From: Hydrolagus affinis
Lineage: Eukaryota
Direction of reading: 5' to 3'
DNA length: 64,000 bases
NCBI GenBank assembly: GCA_012026655.1
Contig: JAAILG010000029.1
Span: 124,001-188,000 of the forward strand
This document shows, one piece after another, positions 1 to 12,700 of this stretch (position 1 is the stretch's first letter; every line of letters begins with the position of its first letter). The notes under the pieces were generated by a model. That model worked only from the letters and a program-made list of their open reading frames with translations. It was not told the origin of the DNA and ran no database searches. A program made the position numbers and the translations under genes.

Positions 1-99
1 CCACTGGATCCTGACATCATGATGCCGTATCACGTTCATTTTGGGAGAATTCCATGCACATTTCCTCCGAAACCCTCGCAAAAACCTAAAAATAAAAAG
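1..99 (+). CDS. ICE2: ICE2 (NARG2, little elongation complex subunit 2), 3' part of penultimate coding exon
   Basis: Frame 1 reads PLDPDIMMPYHVHFGRIPCTFPPKPSQKPKNKK, matching the recalled vertebrate ICE2 C-terminal motif PLDPxxxxPYHxxxGRIPCTFPPK. It ends at a phase-0 donor AAG|GTTTGT (100). Not in the ORF track. Confidence 0.9.
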
Positions 100-385
100 G
101 TTTGTGTTTATTTTCAACGTATTTTCATCAAATTAGAATTCCAATATCTATAATGCTGAGTTGTAGATCTTTAAGATAAACTATTGCATTGAAGCTTGGT
201 TTTACAACAACATGTTCCTTCATAGTGTCACACCCAAAGGTTGCTATAACAATTTGAAAGACGTTGATTCAACAGTGCCACACTGTAGCAGAGTTGTGCA
301 ATTAATTTCCCAATTTTAATCTGGGGGATCTAGATCTAAATCAAAGGGAAAATAGAAAGAGCATTCAGATCTTTTCAGAAACCAA

Positions 386-399
386 GCCAGCAGATGGCA
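386..399 (+). promoter_or_regulatory. Candidate CTCF site in the last ICE2 intron
   Basis: GCCAGCAGATGGCA matches the CTCF core CCASYAGRKGGCR. Confidence 0.45.
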
Positions 400-1919
400 A
401 ATAGCTTGTAGTGCTGAAAAAATAATGTCTTAAGTATTGGAGCAAAGATAGAAAATAGCTGACAAGCATGGAGAGCGCTGATCAGGAAAGGTAAGTTCAT
501 TAACATTTTCAGGTGTGTCAGCAATGAAAAAGATAAGTTGGAACTTCAACAGATGGATAGAATGCAAATCAAAAGAGGTGATTTTGTTACTGCAATAAAG
601 AACTGGTTGAATATGTGCAGTACTATTGTTCATATCAGAGGAAAGATGCTATTGCATTTTAGAGAGTGCATTTTCAATATGTTTCAAGGGTGTAAATTAT
701 GCGCAAGAGTTAACGTTAGTATAGGTTTGTCTCTGCTGGAAATTAGGGTTGTTTTGAAGTTGAGTACTCAAAAATCATATTTCACTGCTTTTTGTATGAT
801 TGGAGAAATTCACAAAATCCCCAAAACAAAATGAGCAAGAGACTTTGGCAAGCGACCAGATATGGGTGTGAGCCCACAACACGTGTAAAGATTCTATGGC
901 AGTGGTCACCCACTTTACCATTATACAGGAGCAATGCTAACGACCAATCAAATGTTTCATGAACTGAAGATCTTCTAACTTGCTGTGGAAGATGGGAAGC
1001 TGCCATTTACACTTGTGCACAGACCTTGGCAGTAGTAGGTGAAACAACTGTTTTAGTTACCTTGTGTGCAAATTACATCCTCTTTTGTTTTATGGAGTTA
1101 ATTTATCTGCAATTTCCCAGCAGATTTTTCAGCATCTGAAGACCATTTACTGTATACAGCTGGAGCAGCCAGCCCTGACTCTCGCCACAGTTCTGGGTTT
1201 CCGGAGACACTAATACCCAGCTACAGAGTGTTTTTTTTTACACACTGCTACTGCCAACAGTTTTGTAAATCATGCCAACAGAGATGTAATCTGCCATTTA
1301 GCTATCTGTTTGCAAGCTTGCCAAATAATCAGCCCAACTCATGGCTCGTTTTCCTGAAAACCAGACATTCTCCAGTGATCAAGGAGGGTTCAGAGATCAG
1401 AAGTGAAATTGGCAGACCTGACTTACAGTCAACGGCTTGCACACATGTGCCTCTTGTTGGTACCAGTTTCTGTATACCCAGCACAGAAGGGTCACTCTGT
1501 GCTATTCTATTAGGAAATAACAAATTCACTTCATTAATTTAGTGCAAATGAGTTGGTTGACCCAAGTCGGTGTTAGTTTGTTGCTGCTATGTTATGAATC
1601 AGAATGATGTAAGATATAAAGGGATGATTCAGATATAAGGATATGGTGGAAATGACGCAAGATAAAGAGAATAGACAAAAGTGCAGCAACAACTGAGATT
1701 GAGTAACTAGAAAGGGTGAAAAAAGGGAACACAGATTTTATAAGGGCTAAAAGGTTTTGCTACAGGCAAAACCTGGACATTTCTTGGAAGTTGGACATTT
1801 CTTGCAGATAAAACATTGGATAAAGATAAAACATTCACCTACAAGCCACCCAGTCACTACGCTTTACAGTTTATCTTGTGAAATGCTTTGAGATTGAAAT
1901 ATTCTGTAACAAATGCCAG

Positions 1920-2560
1920 GTTAATGATAATTGGAGAGAGAATGAGCAGTGGGAATCCAGCTTTGTGGTTTTATTCAATAGGGCACAGAATCGGAGAGGG
2001 ATTTTGGGGGTGTATTAAGTATTATGGGAATTATGAATCCGGTAGCAGTATATAGCGAGAATGGATAAGATCTTGGGGGTATCATCATAAATCACAACAT
2101 GATAATGAGACATGCATACAATGAGCTGAAAAGGCTGCCTTCCATGCTGTAAATTTATATGGTAGAATGTACAAATCATTCCTGGCCTGATTTGGAACAC
2201 TGTAGAATGTGTCGTCCCTGCGTTTCAATAGTGACTTATTGGCTTGGATGGTGCACATTAAATGACATTTGGTTTATGATGAAGGAGTGCAAAATCTGGA
2301 AATCTTCACACTGCAGAAGAGGAGACTCAGGGAGGATCCATTTGAAGTATTTAAGATCCCAAGCGGCAATGGATAAACTGAATCCTTAAATATTTAACAT
2401 GGTCAAGAAGTCTTCAGTGGGATTACAGCTCTGAACAGAGAACGCAAATTTAATTTGATTCTTCAGTGTCATTGGATTGAGCTGCTCAGTGAAACTGGTG
2501 GAGGCGAATTGGGACAGCAAATTCAAGTGGAACCAGATAACTATTTGGTGAAGAAATCAA
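1920..2560 (+). mobile_element. Highly decayed CR1-type LINE fragment
   Basis: Degenerate similarity to the CR1 ORF2 3' region (e.g. ...cctgatttggaacactgtag..., ggagactcagggaggatccatttgaagtatttaagat), comparable with the better copy at 12286. Confidence 0.4.
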
Positions 2561-3017
2561 TTTAGTGTGATTCATAGTGGAATTGTTTTTACTTTGGGAG
2601 GGGTCTTTTCTACCCTGCACATTCCTGTGTTGCTATCATGTGGCAAATAGATTTGAACCCAACACCCTCTAGCATTGCAATGACTACTTCATATGATTAC
2701 ATTTTTTTTAATTAAAAAAACACTGAAAGAAAGATTCTATGAACAAACAACTGCCACCAATAATGCATTGTGAATTCTTGCTATGTGTAAGAGCACATTG
2801 AAATCTTCTGTTCTCCTCAAAATGCTGAACGAGTTAAATATTTTCTGGAATGAACGCTGGCAACTATCTATGTTTGAACTATGTTGGACTTGCTGAGAGT
2901 AAAACAAATCTTTCCTTTGATTTTGTTGGAAGAAAATCCGAAAGAGCTGCTTTAATGTGAAAGTAAGTTGCTCCGAAATCACAATCTTTTTAAAGTGTTT
3001 TATTTCTATACTTCCAG

Positions 3018-3152
3018 ATTGGTGCGGTCAAAGGAAACAAACAGAGCTCTGTTCAAGCCAAAGCAGTATCTATGGAAACAAGAAATAATTCTGCCAGCTC
3101 AGCGCAGGGAAAGCAGGGTGTGTCACAGAACAAAAAAAGGAAGAAGACTTAA
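3018..3152 (+). CDS. ICE2: ICE2 terminal coding exon
   Basis: Acceptor tatttctatacttccag|, phase 0. Reads IGAVKGNKQSSVQAKAVSMETRNNSASSAQGKQGVSQNKKRKKT*, versus recalled human last exon IGG...PVSMETK...GVAPHKRKIT*. TAA at 3150-3152. Confidence 0.85.
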   Translation: MGAVKGNKQSSVQAKAVSMETRNNSASSAQGKQGVSQNKKRKKT

Positions 3153-3430
3153 TCGAATGAAGAAAACAGCAGAGCGGCAACAGTAGGGAGGAATTAACAG
3201 CAAAAGGCAACTTACAAGCATTTTGTTCCACTGTTGCCAATTACTAGGCTCAAAGCTATTTCCTTTATAAATGTAAAGTGGGAAGAAGGCCCAGGTTTTT
3301 GTTTTAATGGAAAGTGAACTTTAAGGAATTCAGTCGGAGGCCAGGCTTTCATCGCAAGTAAATGCAAAATGCCCACGTCATGCCTGAATATGCAGTGCAT
3401 ATTTTTGCCTTTGCAGAAAGCCAAAATATT

Positions 3431-3977
3431 AATAAATCTGTTTGCTGCACATCTTCTTATCTGTCATTTACAGATGGACTTGATTAAAAGATTAGGATGT
3501 TCAGTGCATATGTGGTTGGCAAAAGGCAGAGAGTGGATACAGATTAAATAAGTTTCGGGGTGCTGGGGGTTGGGTTCACACATGTTTGTGTTAAGCATTT
3601 ACTGATTCCCACATCAAAATAAAAAGCAAAGAACGCTTTCAGCTTCGGATGGCTTGACCTTATTCATTTAAATGTGAAATAAAGTAAAACTCTCAATACA
3701 AAAGGTCCAAAAACAAGAAACTTTCAGAATTTGCATGCCTTCTGTTACACATTTACTCTTAAAATTAGCTTTTAATGGATGAGTTCAGAGCATGAGTTAG
3801 AGCACAAGCAAAACTTTGGAATTGTGCCTGGAACAACAGGGCTCTTGCAAATTACTGTCCATGACATGATTTTTAAATGGGCAACATCATTTTGACCACA
3901 TGAGATAAATGTAAGTGAACCAATTGAATGAAAATATTGTCTTTGTATGGTACGGATTCTATTTTACTTTTAATAAA
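3431..3977 (+). terminator. Candidate ICE2 polyadenylation signals
   Basis: AATAAA at 3431, 3618, 3678 and 3972 downstream of the ICE2 stop. Which one is used cannot be told from sequence. Confidence 0.4.
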
Positions 3978-4434
3978 GTTGTAAAGCTGTGATAGAATTC
4001 AGTCCATTTTCAGATGTTTATTTTGATTCTGATCAGTTGATCAGTTGAGGGCTATTCTGAAGGTTTTTTTTCCCCTAATGGTTCAGTAAAGACTGAAATC
4101 AAAATCCATTGTGCGATCTGTTTTTGTGAGCAAACTGAACAAATGCAGCAACAGAGCTTTTGGGTCTCACATTTCAGGAAGGAAAGTGACGCAGGGGACC
4201 TAAGCTAAAAGGAAGCTTGATTTTAATGGATTGTTTTTACGTGATCAGATATAGTGGGAGGAAAGTTGTTTGTACGAGAGTAATGTATGTGGCTATGTGG
4301 GTATGACAATCAGGCCATACTCTAATGAAAATAAACTTAATCCAGCGTATGCCTGTTTTTCTGTAAATGAGGTTGCATTTTCAAATCTGCACTTTTTGGA
4401 ACAAGGCTTTTTCAACTTTGTATTATTGCATTAC

Positions 4435-5040
4435 GTTCAAATCCCTCCATGGTCTTGCCCCGCCCTACATCTCGAAACTCCTTCAACCACACCAACCTGA
4501 CCACTCACTTTACTCAGTGAATACTGACCTGATTCATGTTCCCCAACATCTGATCCCCACTGGTAAAGTGGGCTTTTAGCCATTGTGGAGGCCTGTACCT
4601 CAGTGGTTAGAGCACTCACCTAATCGAGAGACCTGAGTTCGATTTCAGGGCAGGCCAGGCCAGTAAGTTTCCTTACTCCCCATGCCTAATAATCATCCTT
4701 CAAGAAAAAAAGAATAATAAATTGGTAATTTCAATCCACGACTGTTTGTGGGTCACTGCTGTGTGCAATTGGCTGCCGCATTTCACCTACAAATACAGTG
4801 ATTCACTTTACAGTATATTCTATGAAGTGCTTTGAGACGTCTTGAAGACATGAAAAGCGCTATATCAAATGCAAGGATTATTATTCTTACTGGCGGTCAA
4901 GCTTGCAGCCTATCTGCCCCTATCATTTGGAACTCCATCACACAATCCCTTCGCCTTGTTCCCTCTCTTGTCTCGTTCAACGCAATTCTCAATACCATCC
5001 TCTTCAACCACACCTTCAGTGACCCTCTTAACCCTACCCT
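4435..5040 (+). mobile_element. L2 LINE 3' fragment interrupted by a tRNA-SINE
   Basis: Encodes FKSLHGLAPPYISKLL, then after the SINE APIIWNSI..SLR, typical of the L2 ORF2 C-terminus. Confidence 0.75.
4587..4888 (+). mobile_element. tRNA-derived SINE with L2-type tail (short variant)
   Basis: A box (ctcagtggttagagc), B box (gagttcgatt), body gactgtttgtgggtcactgctgtg, tail gcgctatatcaaatgcaaggattattatt. Many copies occur in this window. Confidence 0.9.
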
Positions 5041-7250
5041 AGGATTAATATTATTATGAGCTGCAATGGGTTGGGTGCCTCTCAACCACCACAATATGTA
5101 TTTATGCAGCTTGTTTCACTACAAGTATTGGGAAACTTGCCAGAGCTTTATAGTGTTGAGCGAGAGATGTCATTCATCTGAATTAGGTACCATTGTATTG
5201 AAATTTTGGTTTTGACCTTGCTTTCAGTCATCTTTCACCTCACTGCCTCCTCGGCTTCCAACCCCAGTTAAATTTTTGTATTTGGTAGGGAATAAGTGGT
5301 TTAAAAAAATATAGTGGAGTTTATTTTATAAGCACATTATAAAGTATTTGTGTGCTATTTAAGATTCATTAATGGCAAGGTTACTGCACTGGGCCACGTA
5401 GACCAGAACATTATGGGTGTAAATCCTTGTCAGTACAGTTTGCTGATCTCAATGGGCTGGTACTTAAAGCCTCTGTATTACAGAGGGACAAAAGGGCAGC
5501 CTGTTTTAAGTTTCCAAGCATTACTTGGAAACCCTGCTGGAAGATGTGTATGTGAGGTTATCGAGCAAGTTCAGGATTGGTCTCAGCTGGGATACGCATT
5601 GCAGTCAATAACCTGCCAGCCCTTACTGCTCCCTCTATTTGTAAGTATGGATAATGTGCCCGACCAGACAAATTGACCATGGAACTCATCCAACAATTGC
5701 TTTTGTAAAGGTCACTTTATAACCTTGATACTAATTTCAGCAATATCCAATGGGATTGGTTAGATTTGAAAAGGCAGGGGGTTTTCAACTGGGCCCCTTC
5801 AAGTCTGCATGGCTCAGCAACACCCATTACACACCCTAAAAATGGATTAAACTGATCAGAAGACAATATAAATAGAGAGGGTGTGGTTGAAGATTTTGGG
5901 GGATTTGGGATTATGAATTCTTCACATTTATGAAATGTATCATTGATTTGTGCAGTATTATCTCAGCTGCTGCTGTTTTAATAGCATGTGTTTTCAATAT
6001 GTGTGTGTGTGCATCTATATTTACTGAACAGAGGAAATCAAGTAAAAAAAAATACAGATTTAATAATAATAAATGCAAGTATTATTATAGATTTTATAAA
6101 AATCAGGTGCAGGTAGAAGGGGTGTATAATCCTCCCGAATCTGATTTAATGTATATCTGAAATTTCTACTGTAAGTATGATGTTTTATTTGGAGATTAAT
6201 ACTATTTAAGGAGTGATACTTGCTAATTTTTCAGTCAATTTATTCAGTAGTTTTCAATTGCAAACCCAATGTCCTTTTTGCAGTTAACATGTTATTAAAT
6301 AATGACAAATTGAATGAACCGTGTTATAACAATCTTTACATTTGATATATAGGGCATTTGATAATATCATCGAAATGTCTCAAAGGGCTTCACAGGGATT
6401 TACTGAGAAGTATAGGGACTATGTATTTACAGGCAAACATTTTTGAATAATATTCTTGTAAGAAAGCAGGCAGAATGTTTCTAACTCTTTTTACAACCAT
6501 TTCAAAACTCTGTTCCAATCTTTACCTTTCATTTATATTGACAGGGATCAATATATGTACAATTAGAGTATTAGATGTGTGACAGGGATCTACAATTAAG
6601 AGTATTTCTGAGATTGGATCCTGCTCGTTTTGGCAATGCTCACTGCTTGAAGCATTTGTCTCCTTATTGCAGCTGAAAGGTGGGGCATTTTACTGCAGCA
6701 AGAAGCCACATGCCTTTGACTACATGCTCATTCATCTGTCAACCCATCCTTTCTCCAATGTCTAGGGGAAGGTTCAAAGTTACAACCCCAACTTGCATTT
6801 ATATTGCGCCCTTCACAGGGTAATGTCTCAAGAGCGTTTATAAATGAAAGGTAAAGATTGGAACAGATTTTTGAAAATGTGTATTAGTTAATTTTAATTA
6901 ACTAATAATTTAGTTAAATTATGTTTAATAGTTATGTGTCAAGTTCGTCCACTCTTTGCAATAGACTAAAACAAATAACATTCATTTGTTGATTTGTTTT
7001 TGACAGTTGATTATTGGACTGTAACTAGGATTATGAATGGTTGTATTCTTAGAGAAGCAAACACAACAACAACAACAACTTGCATCAATACAAAGGCAGA
7101 ACATGTGTTGTACATCTACTGTGTTGTACATTTGGTCGAATTCCACTTGAAATCTGTGGTTGCAGAATGTTTTACTACTTTTTATGGTATGATTTCAATC
7201 TGAAGTTGAGAGAAGTGAGCCGGTTGTAAGATTTTCTTTTCAGTCTGCGA

Positions 7251-7394
7251 TTAGTCATTCATTCTTCCATCACCGCAATGTTAGGGGAATAAATTTAGCC
7301 AGGATTGGTTGCTATGCATCACACGGGCTTTTCCAGCAGAGGGGTGGGGAAAGAGAACTGTTGATGTGGCCACTTTGTGGCCGCTGTTTAAAAA
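7251..7394 (+). promoter_or_regulatory. Candidate ANXA2 proximal promoter
   Basis: AP-1-like TTAGTCA (7251), inverted CCAAT (7304), kB-like GGGCTTTTCC (7325), KLF/Sp box GGGGTGGGG (7341) and TATA-like TTTAAAAA (7387), all just upstream of a strong splice donor at 7471. Confidence 0.5.
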
Positions 7395-7417
7395 CCCCAC
7401 CCAGTAGCTGAAGTGAG

Positions 7418-7470
7418 TTTTTTTTTCCAGCCGAGTTGGTCTGCACTCAGTAGCTGAGGACACAGCGAAG
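7418..7470 (+). other. ANXA2: Candidate non-coding exon 1 of ANXA2 (start approximate)
   Basis: Ends in AAG|GTAAGC. Vertebrate ANXA2 has a non-coding first exon, and the ATG exon here begins with an acceptor, so an upstream exon is required. Confidence 0.55.
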
Positions 7471-9711
7471 GTAAGCGTGGTACTCCAGTTCTGGAGGATA
7501 TATTTTCTCTCTCGATCCCAATCAGTCACAACTTTTGTGAGATGCATTAACTCGAGTGGTGCCTTTAACACAAATATTTAAGAGTTCAGAAAAAATGTGC
7601 TGCATTATGTTATCATCCATTCTGTGATGATACAATCTGATTTTTAAATGATACATCTCAGCTTTCCACACTGAAACCAATCCATGCCTGATTAATGTCT
7701 TGCTGTGGATATATTTAACACTAAGCTGGAAGACTGTTCAGAAGATTGTGAAACCGTTTCTAAGCAATTGCACACAAATCTACGTTACTGAGTTTGCATC
7801 TCATGGAGTATTATAGTGACTTCAATGTTTTCCTTCTCTTCCTCCACCCCTCGACTCCTTCTCTAGATTATGCCAGAGTTCAGAGAGGACATTGTCTGGC
7901 ATGGAGACCTTGTGCTTCAGCATATTTCTATTAAAGTGATTTGTTACTGTACAGGTCAGGGAGGTGGTGGGTGGAGAAGGAGAATTCTTTGAACCATCAC
8001 AAAAGAAAAGCTGATGTGAATTAGTACCTAAGGTACAATTATATTTTATGGCTCAGTATTGTTCTTGCAGCTCATGTGCCTGTGTGATGGTCAATGAGAC
8101 ATATTTGTGGTGTACTTTTTTATATGATAACTCGTGTCTCTTGCTTGGGGTTTGAATTTAGAATAATGACACAATCCTTGCATGTGATATCCTGCCTTTC
8201 ACTACAGGAGGGTGTTTCAGTGTCCTCCACAGGATATACTGTTGCATACAATAACTGTGTAATTTGTAGGCATCTTCATCTTGAATCGATTCAAGTAACT
8301 GCGGAATCATTTACCTTTTAAAATCGCCCAACACAAAATCGCTTGTGGAAAAGACACAATACTCTAAAGCAAATTGTGCCTCCAAATTTAAGGATTTAAA
8401 AAAAATTCTATGGAACCCAACCCCTCCCGCCCCAAATCCTAAAGCACACATCGTCTTTATGAGTATACTGTATTAAAATAAAATGTAAAGTATGCACTAA
8501 TTCTGTGCATGCAGACTGTACTTTCCTTACAGAATGCCCCATTCGTGTGAAATTCCTCTACCACAGGAACGTGATACAGACTTATCTGCAGGTTGATGTT
8601 ATACTGAGGGCGTGCCATATTCTTATTGTATGGATACAAAAAAAGATTAACAATGCTGATCAGTCTGTGATCATTTTCTGTTAGGACTATTAGGTGAATT
8701 TGACTGACTAAGTGCTGCCTTGGTTCGTTCTGAGGCTTGCACCCACAATCAAATTCCAATGAAGCCCTGTCACAGGGTGTGTTGGCTGAATGTTTAGGTA
8801 ATGTTTGGTTTTTCCGTAGGGCACGTTTTAACCTGTTACTTCACTTACCCGTATATGAGTTTTGGATACAGTATATAGTTTTGCTCACGTATATACAGTC
8901 AATTCACTTTACAGTATATTCTGTGAAACCCTTTCAGACGCCTAGAAGACGTGAAAGGCGCTACATCAAATGCAAGGATTATTGTTTATAGTAGCCCTTG
9001 TCAGACAACTGGAATTGTGTGATTAACATATTTTCTTATCAGTAAAATGTCTATTACTTGCAAGTTTTATGAGTCACTTCAGTAAAGAAACATGTGAGGT
9101 CAATTGATCAGGTCCTGACCTAACTGTGCAGTGCCTTGTGACATCCTCCCAACGTGAAAGGCGTTCTATAAGTGTAATTTTGTTGTTTGTTGTTGTTGAT
9201 GATGATGATGCTTTTTGCAAACTGTGCAACAGGTACAGTGTTGGTCTTGTGGGTCAATATACTATTTCAGTGCAGGTTAATTGCAACATGCAACTATTGA
9301 ACTACACGGATAAGGATTTTGATAGGGAATATAAATGTGATTTTATTTTAGTGTAATGCAGTTTAGGTGTTTCCAATCACTTCCATATTTCCTGTTTTTC
9401 TTTTTTTAAAAAGATGTGATTCATTCTTTCCCTTCAGAATCACTTTGGAAAACCTTTCCATTGGGAGGAAGGAAAGACTTAATGATGTATGCATGTCTCG
9501 GGGGGAATACAGGGGTGTTGGCAGGGGTGGAAGAGGAGGAGACAGACAGAAAGCTTGTCCAAGAGTGGATGACGTATGGAAGAGCTCAGTCAGTGCAATA
9601 AAATTGAAACCCTTTGCTTGTAGCTTTGGCAGCTGCTCTGTTGCATTGAGTCTGATTGATACCACGTTGCTCACTCTCTTCAGGGGCTAATGTATTTCTT
9701 TTTCTCCTCAG

Positions 9712-9778
9712 CTGCTCTTTAAGCAAAATGGCAAAAGTGCACGAAGTACTGGCCGAGATCTGTCTGGGTTATGAGGAA
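9712..9778 (+). CDS. ANXA2: ANXA2 exon 2 (ATG at 9728): [17 protein letters not shown]
   Basis: Acceptor ttttctcctcag, Kozak-like aaaATGG, donor GAA|GTAAGT. Aligns with human MSTVHEILCKLSLEGD. Confidence 0.88.
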
Positions 9779-12700
9779 GTAAGTATCTCTCTGATTATAG
9801 AAGCAAGTACTGGAGACTGAAATGATAAGTCCCAGAATTCACTTTATTTTCCTTTTAGCAAAGTACAGCCAGGAATATTATACAGCAAGAAATTTATAGC
9901 CCATGATTCACATGGCTGCCTGATGGCCACACTCCACGCCCAAGAAACTCATAAATACCAATGACTTCATTTTGTTGGTTTTCTTGACTGATTGATGAGA
10001 TTTGGTTGTATTTCTCTCCCCTTTATTGTCCCCACCCCTTCTATTCCTTCCCCACCAAACCAGGAGGCTGACCTTCTGAGTGTTCCCAGCAATTTCTGTT
10101 TTTATTTCAGATTTTCAGCATCTGCAGCCATTTTACCTTCTGTTAATGATTTGTTTCATTGGAAACATCAAAATGTGTTTTATTTTTTTTAAGAAGTCTA
10201 TTTGGTAGAAGTTGTGTGACTGATCGGTTTGCAACATGTGAACTAAATGGTTTTTATTTTACAGACAAATGTGGGAGCCACTGTAAGATCCTACTCAGGC
10301 TTTGATGCAGCAAAAGATGCTGATGACTTGGCTACAGCGATTGACGTCAAAGGTAAGTAAATGGCAAATATTTGCATTTATATAATGCCCTTTGCATAGG
10401 GGTAAAGTCTTGGAGTAAATCAGAAGTATGGAGTCAGATGTTATGTAAGGGAGAAGAGGGCGGGGAAGGTGACCAGTATGGTGAAGAGAGGTCTTTAGAT
10501 GGATTTTAAGGAGAGAGCAAGCAGTTACTAATTAGAAGAGGGAAGGAGTTCAGAGCTTAGGGTTAGTAGCTATACCCACCCATCACATCTGAAGTCAGCA
10601 TTCTTCAGCATGCCTTCCTGAGCAAGTAAAGACACACCTCAGAGATTATCTGATAGAAAGGGAACAAGCTTCAATTTTGGTTGAATAGTTAATCCGCCAT
10701 ATGCAGGTTGTAGGGGGTATTTATCTGAACATTAGCTTTTTGAATAACTGCCAAATACTTTGAATGTGCTTTAGGTTTGTTTTCCCCTCCCCACCACTAG
10801 CTCGGGTGCCCATCCAACAATGCAAAGCACTGCATAAATGTAAAGTACTTATGGGAAAATATTCCTTGGGTGTGAAGGTGTGGCAGAGGGCAGTTTCTCA
10901 TTGTCTCTCCCAGGCCGACATGTTGTTTCAGCACTGCCTGGTATTAATTCTGAGTCTATGCTGTTCCGCACTTGTTTTTGTAGGTGTTGATGAACTAACC
11001 ATAATCAACATTTTGACAAAACGGAGCAATGAGCAACGACAGGATATTGCCTTTGCTTATGAGAAGAAGACCAAAAAGGTGAGTCCGCCTTCGTGCTTTG
11101 GAGTGAGCTGAGAGTGGAGCAGGAATTTAAGTTTTAGCTGTTTTAAAAGCATAGCATCTGGTCAACAGCCATGAAAGTAGACGCTACATTGGCCATATGG
11201 ACCCAGTTTTTGATGAAAAACATGGCACTGTGTGCAAATTTCATTCCCCCTCATAAACATGGCAGCAAAATGGTACAGCCGCTTTGGTAAACAGAGAAGA
11301 GGAATTTGATGTACCGATTAAATGGGGCTGAATAATCCTTTTCAGGTGAAATTCGTGTGTCAGCCCTTGTGGTATTTACACAAGAAAAAGAAACATGCAG
11401 CAAATATTAGTTGTGCATTTCAGCTTTACATTGGCAGGACAAACCTATTTCTAAAATGATTTTTTGGGGGGAGTTTATCTACTTCATAATGTAAATTGGG
11501 ATTTGGTTTTAATTGGTGGCAAATGTCAGAGAGGAAGGATGAAAACAAACCAGTTTTGTCCGGGCAACTCTCTAGGTAGATCAGAGCATCAAAGATGGGG
11601 AGCTACTGCACCTTGCAGCAGCCAATCTCTTATAGCATGTGCTCCCTGCTCCAAATCCAGAAGTCGAATTTGATTCACTGTGCTGGGGGTAAAGGATTGA
11701 TGATGAAACACCTTCTTATTGCAGAAACTGGCTGAGAAACTAAAATGTGCTCTCAAAGGTGACCTGGCGGATGTTATTTTAGGTCTCATGAAAACTCCAG
11801 CCAAGTATGATGAACAAGAATTGTACCAGGCAATGAAGGTGAGTGTTCTGCATCTCTGGTCCATTCTGCATTTAAGCAGTGTTTTGGCATCTATTGACTT
11901 GGTCTTATTGAATGGTGGGGCAGGCTCAAGGGGCCGAATAGCCTACTCCTGCTCCTAATTCTTATGTTCTTAGGACTTCCTCTCTAAGTATGCATTTCCT
12001 GTTTTTCACACCTTCTGGAATGCTGTATTACAGCAACAGCCAACCCGCCCGGCACCCCTTCCCCACCATTATAACCCAGAGGTTGACGTCTGTAAATTTA
12101 GTCCGATGCTAAAAAAAAAAGTCACGTTAAAAAATGGGTCTGTTGTGACCATAATCAAAAAAGCGTCACTCACAGTCTGGCCACAAACATGAAGACGAAG
12201 CATGGCAAATTAGATGAAGCAATGGCAGACACTGATGGGTGGAATTGAAACTGAGATTGAGCCAATGCTATTATTAGGAGAGAATTATAGGGCTTTGTAT
12301 AGGGCTTTGGTGAGACCGCACCTAGAGTATTGTGTGCAGTTTTGGTCTCCTTATTTAAAAAAGGACATACTTGCCTTAGAGGGGGTGCAGCGTAGATTCA
12401 CTAAGTTCCTGGGATGAGGGGACTGACCTATGAGGATAGGTTGAATAAACTAGGGCTGTATTCTCTGGAGTACAGAAGAATTAGGGGGGATCTTATTGAA
12501 ACATATAAGATTCTTAAAGGGCTAGATAAAGTAGACACTGAGGGACAGTTTCCCCTGGTAGGAGAATCTGTAACCAGGGATCACAATCTTAAAATTAAGG
12601 GTCAGCCTTTTAGAACAGAGGTGAGGAAACATTTCTTCACTCAGAGGGTAGTGAATTTATGGAATTCACTACCCCAGAAGGCTGTAGATGCTCAGTCCTT

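Noticed and set aside
2968-3186. 72-aa ORF suggesting a longer basic ICE2 tail via the A7 run
   Set aside because: Wrong frame. The phase-0 spliced frame gives VSMET...KRKKT*, matching the known ICE2 end without any frameshift.
7624-7675. C/D box snoRNA-like TGATGA...CTGA in ANXA2 intron 1
   Set aside because: Only ~50 nt, with no terminal stem and no recognisable guide sequence.
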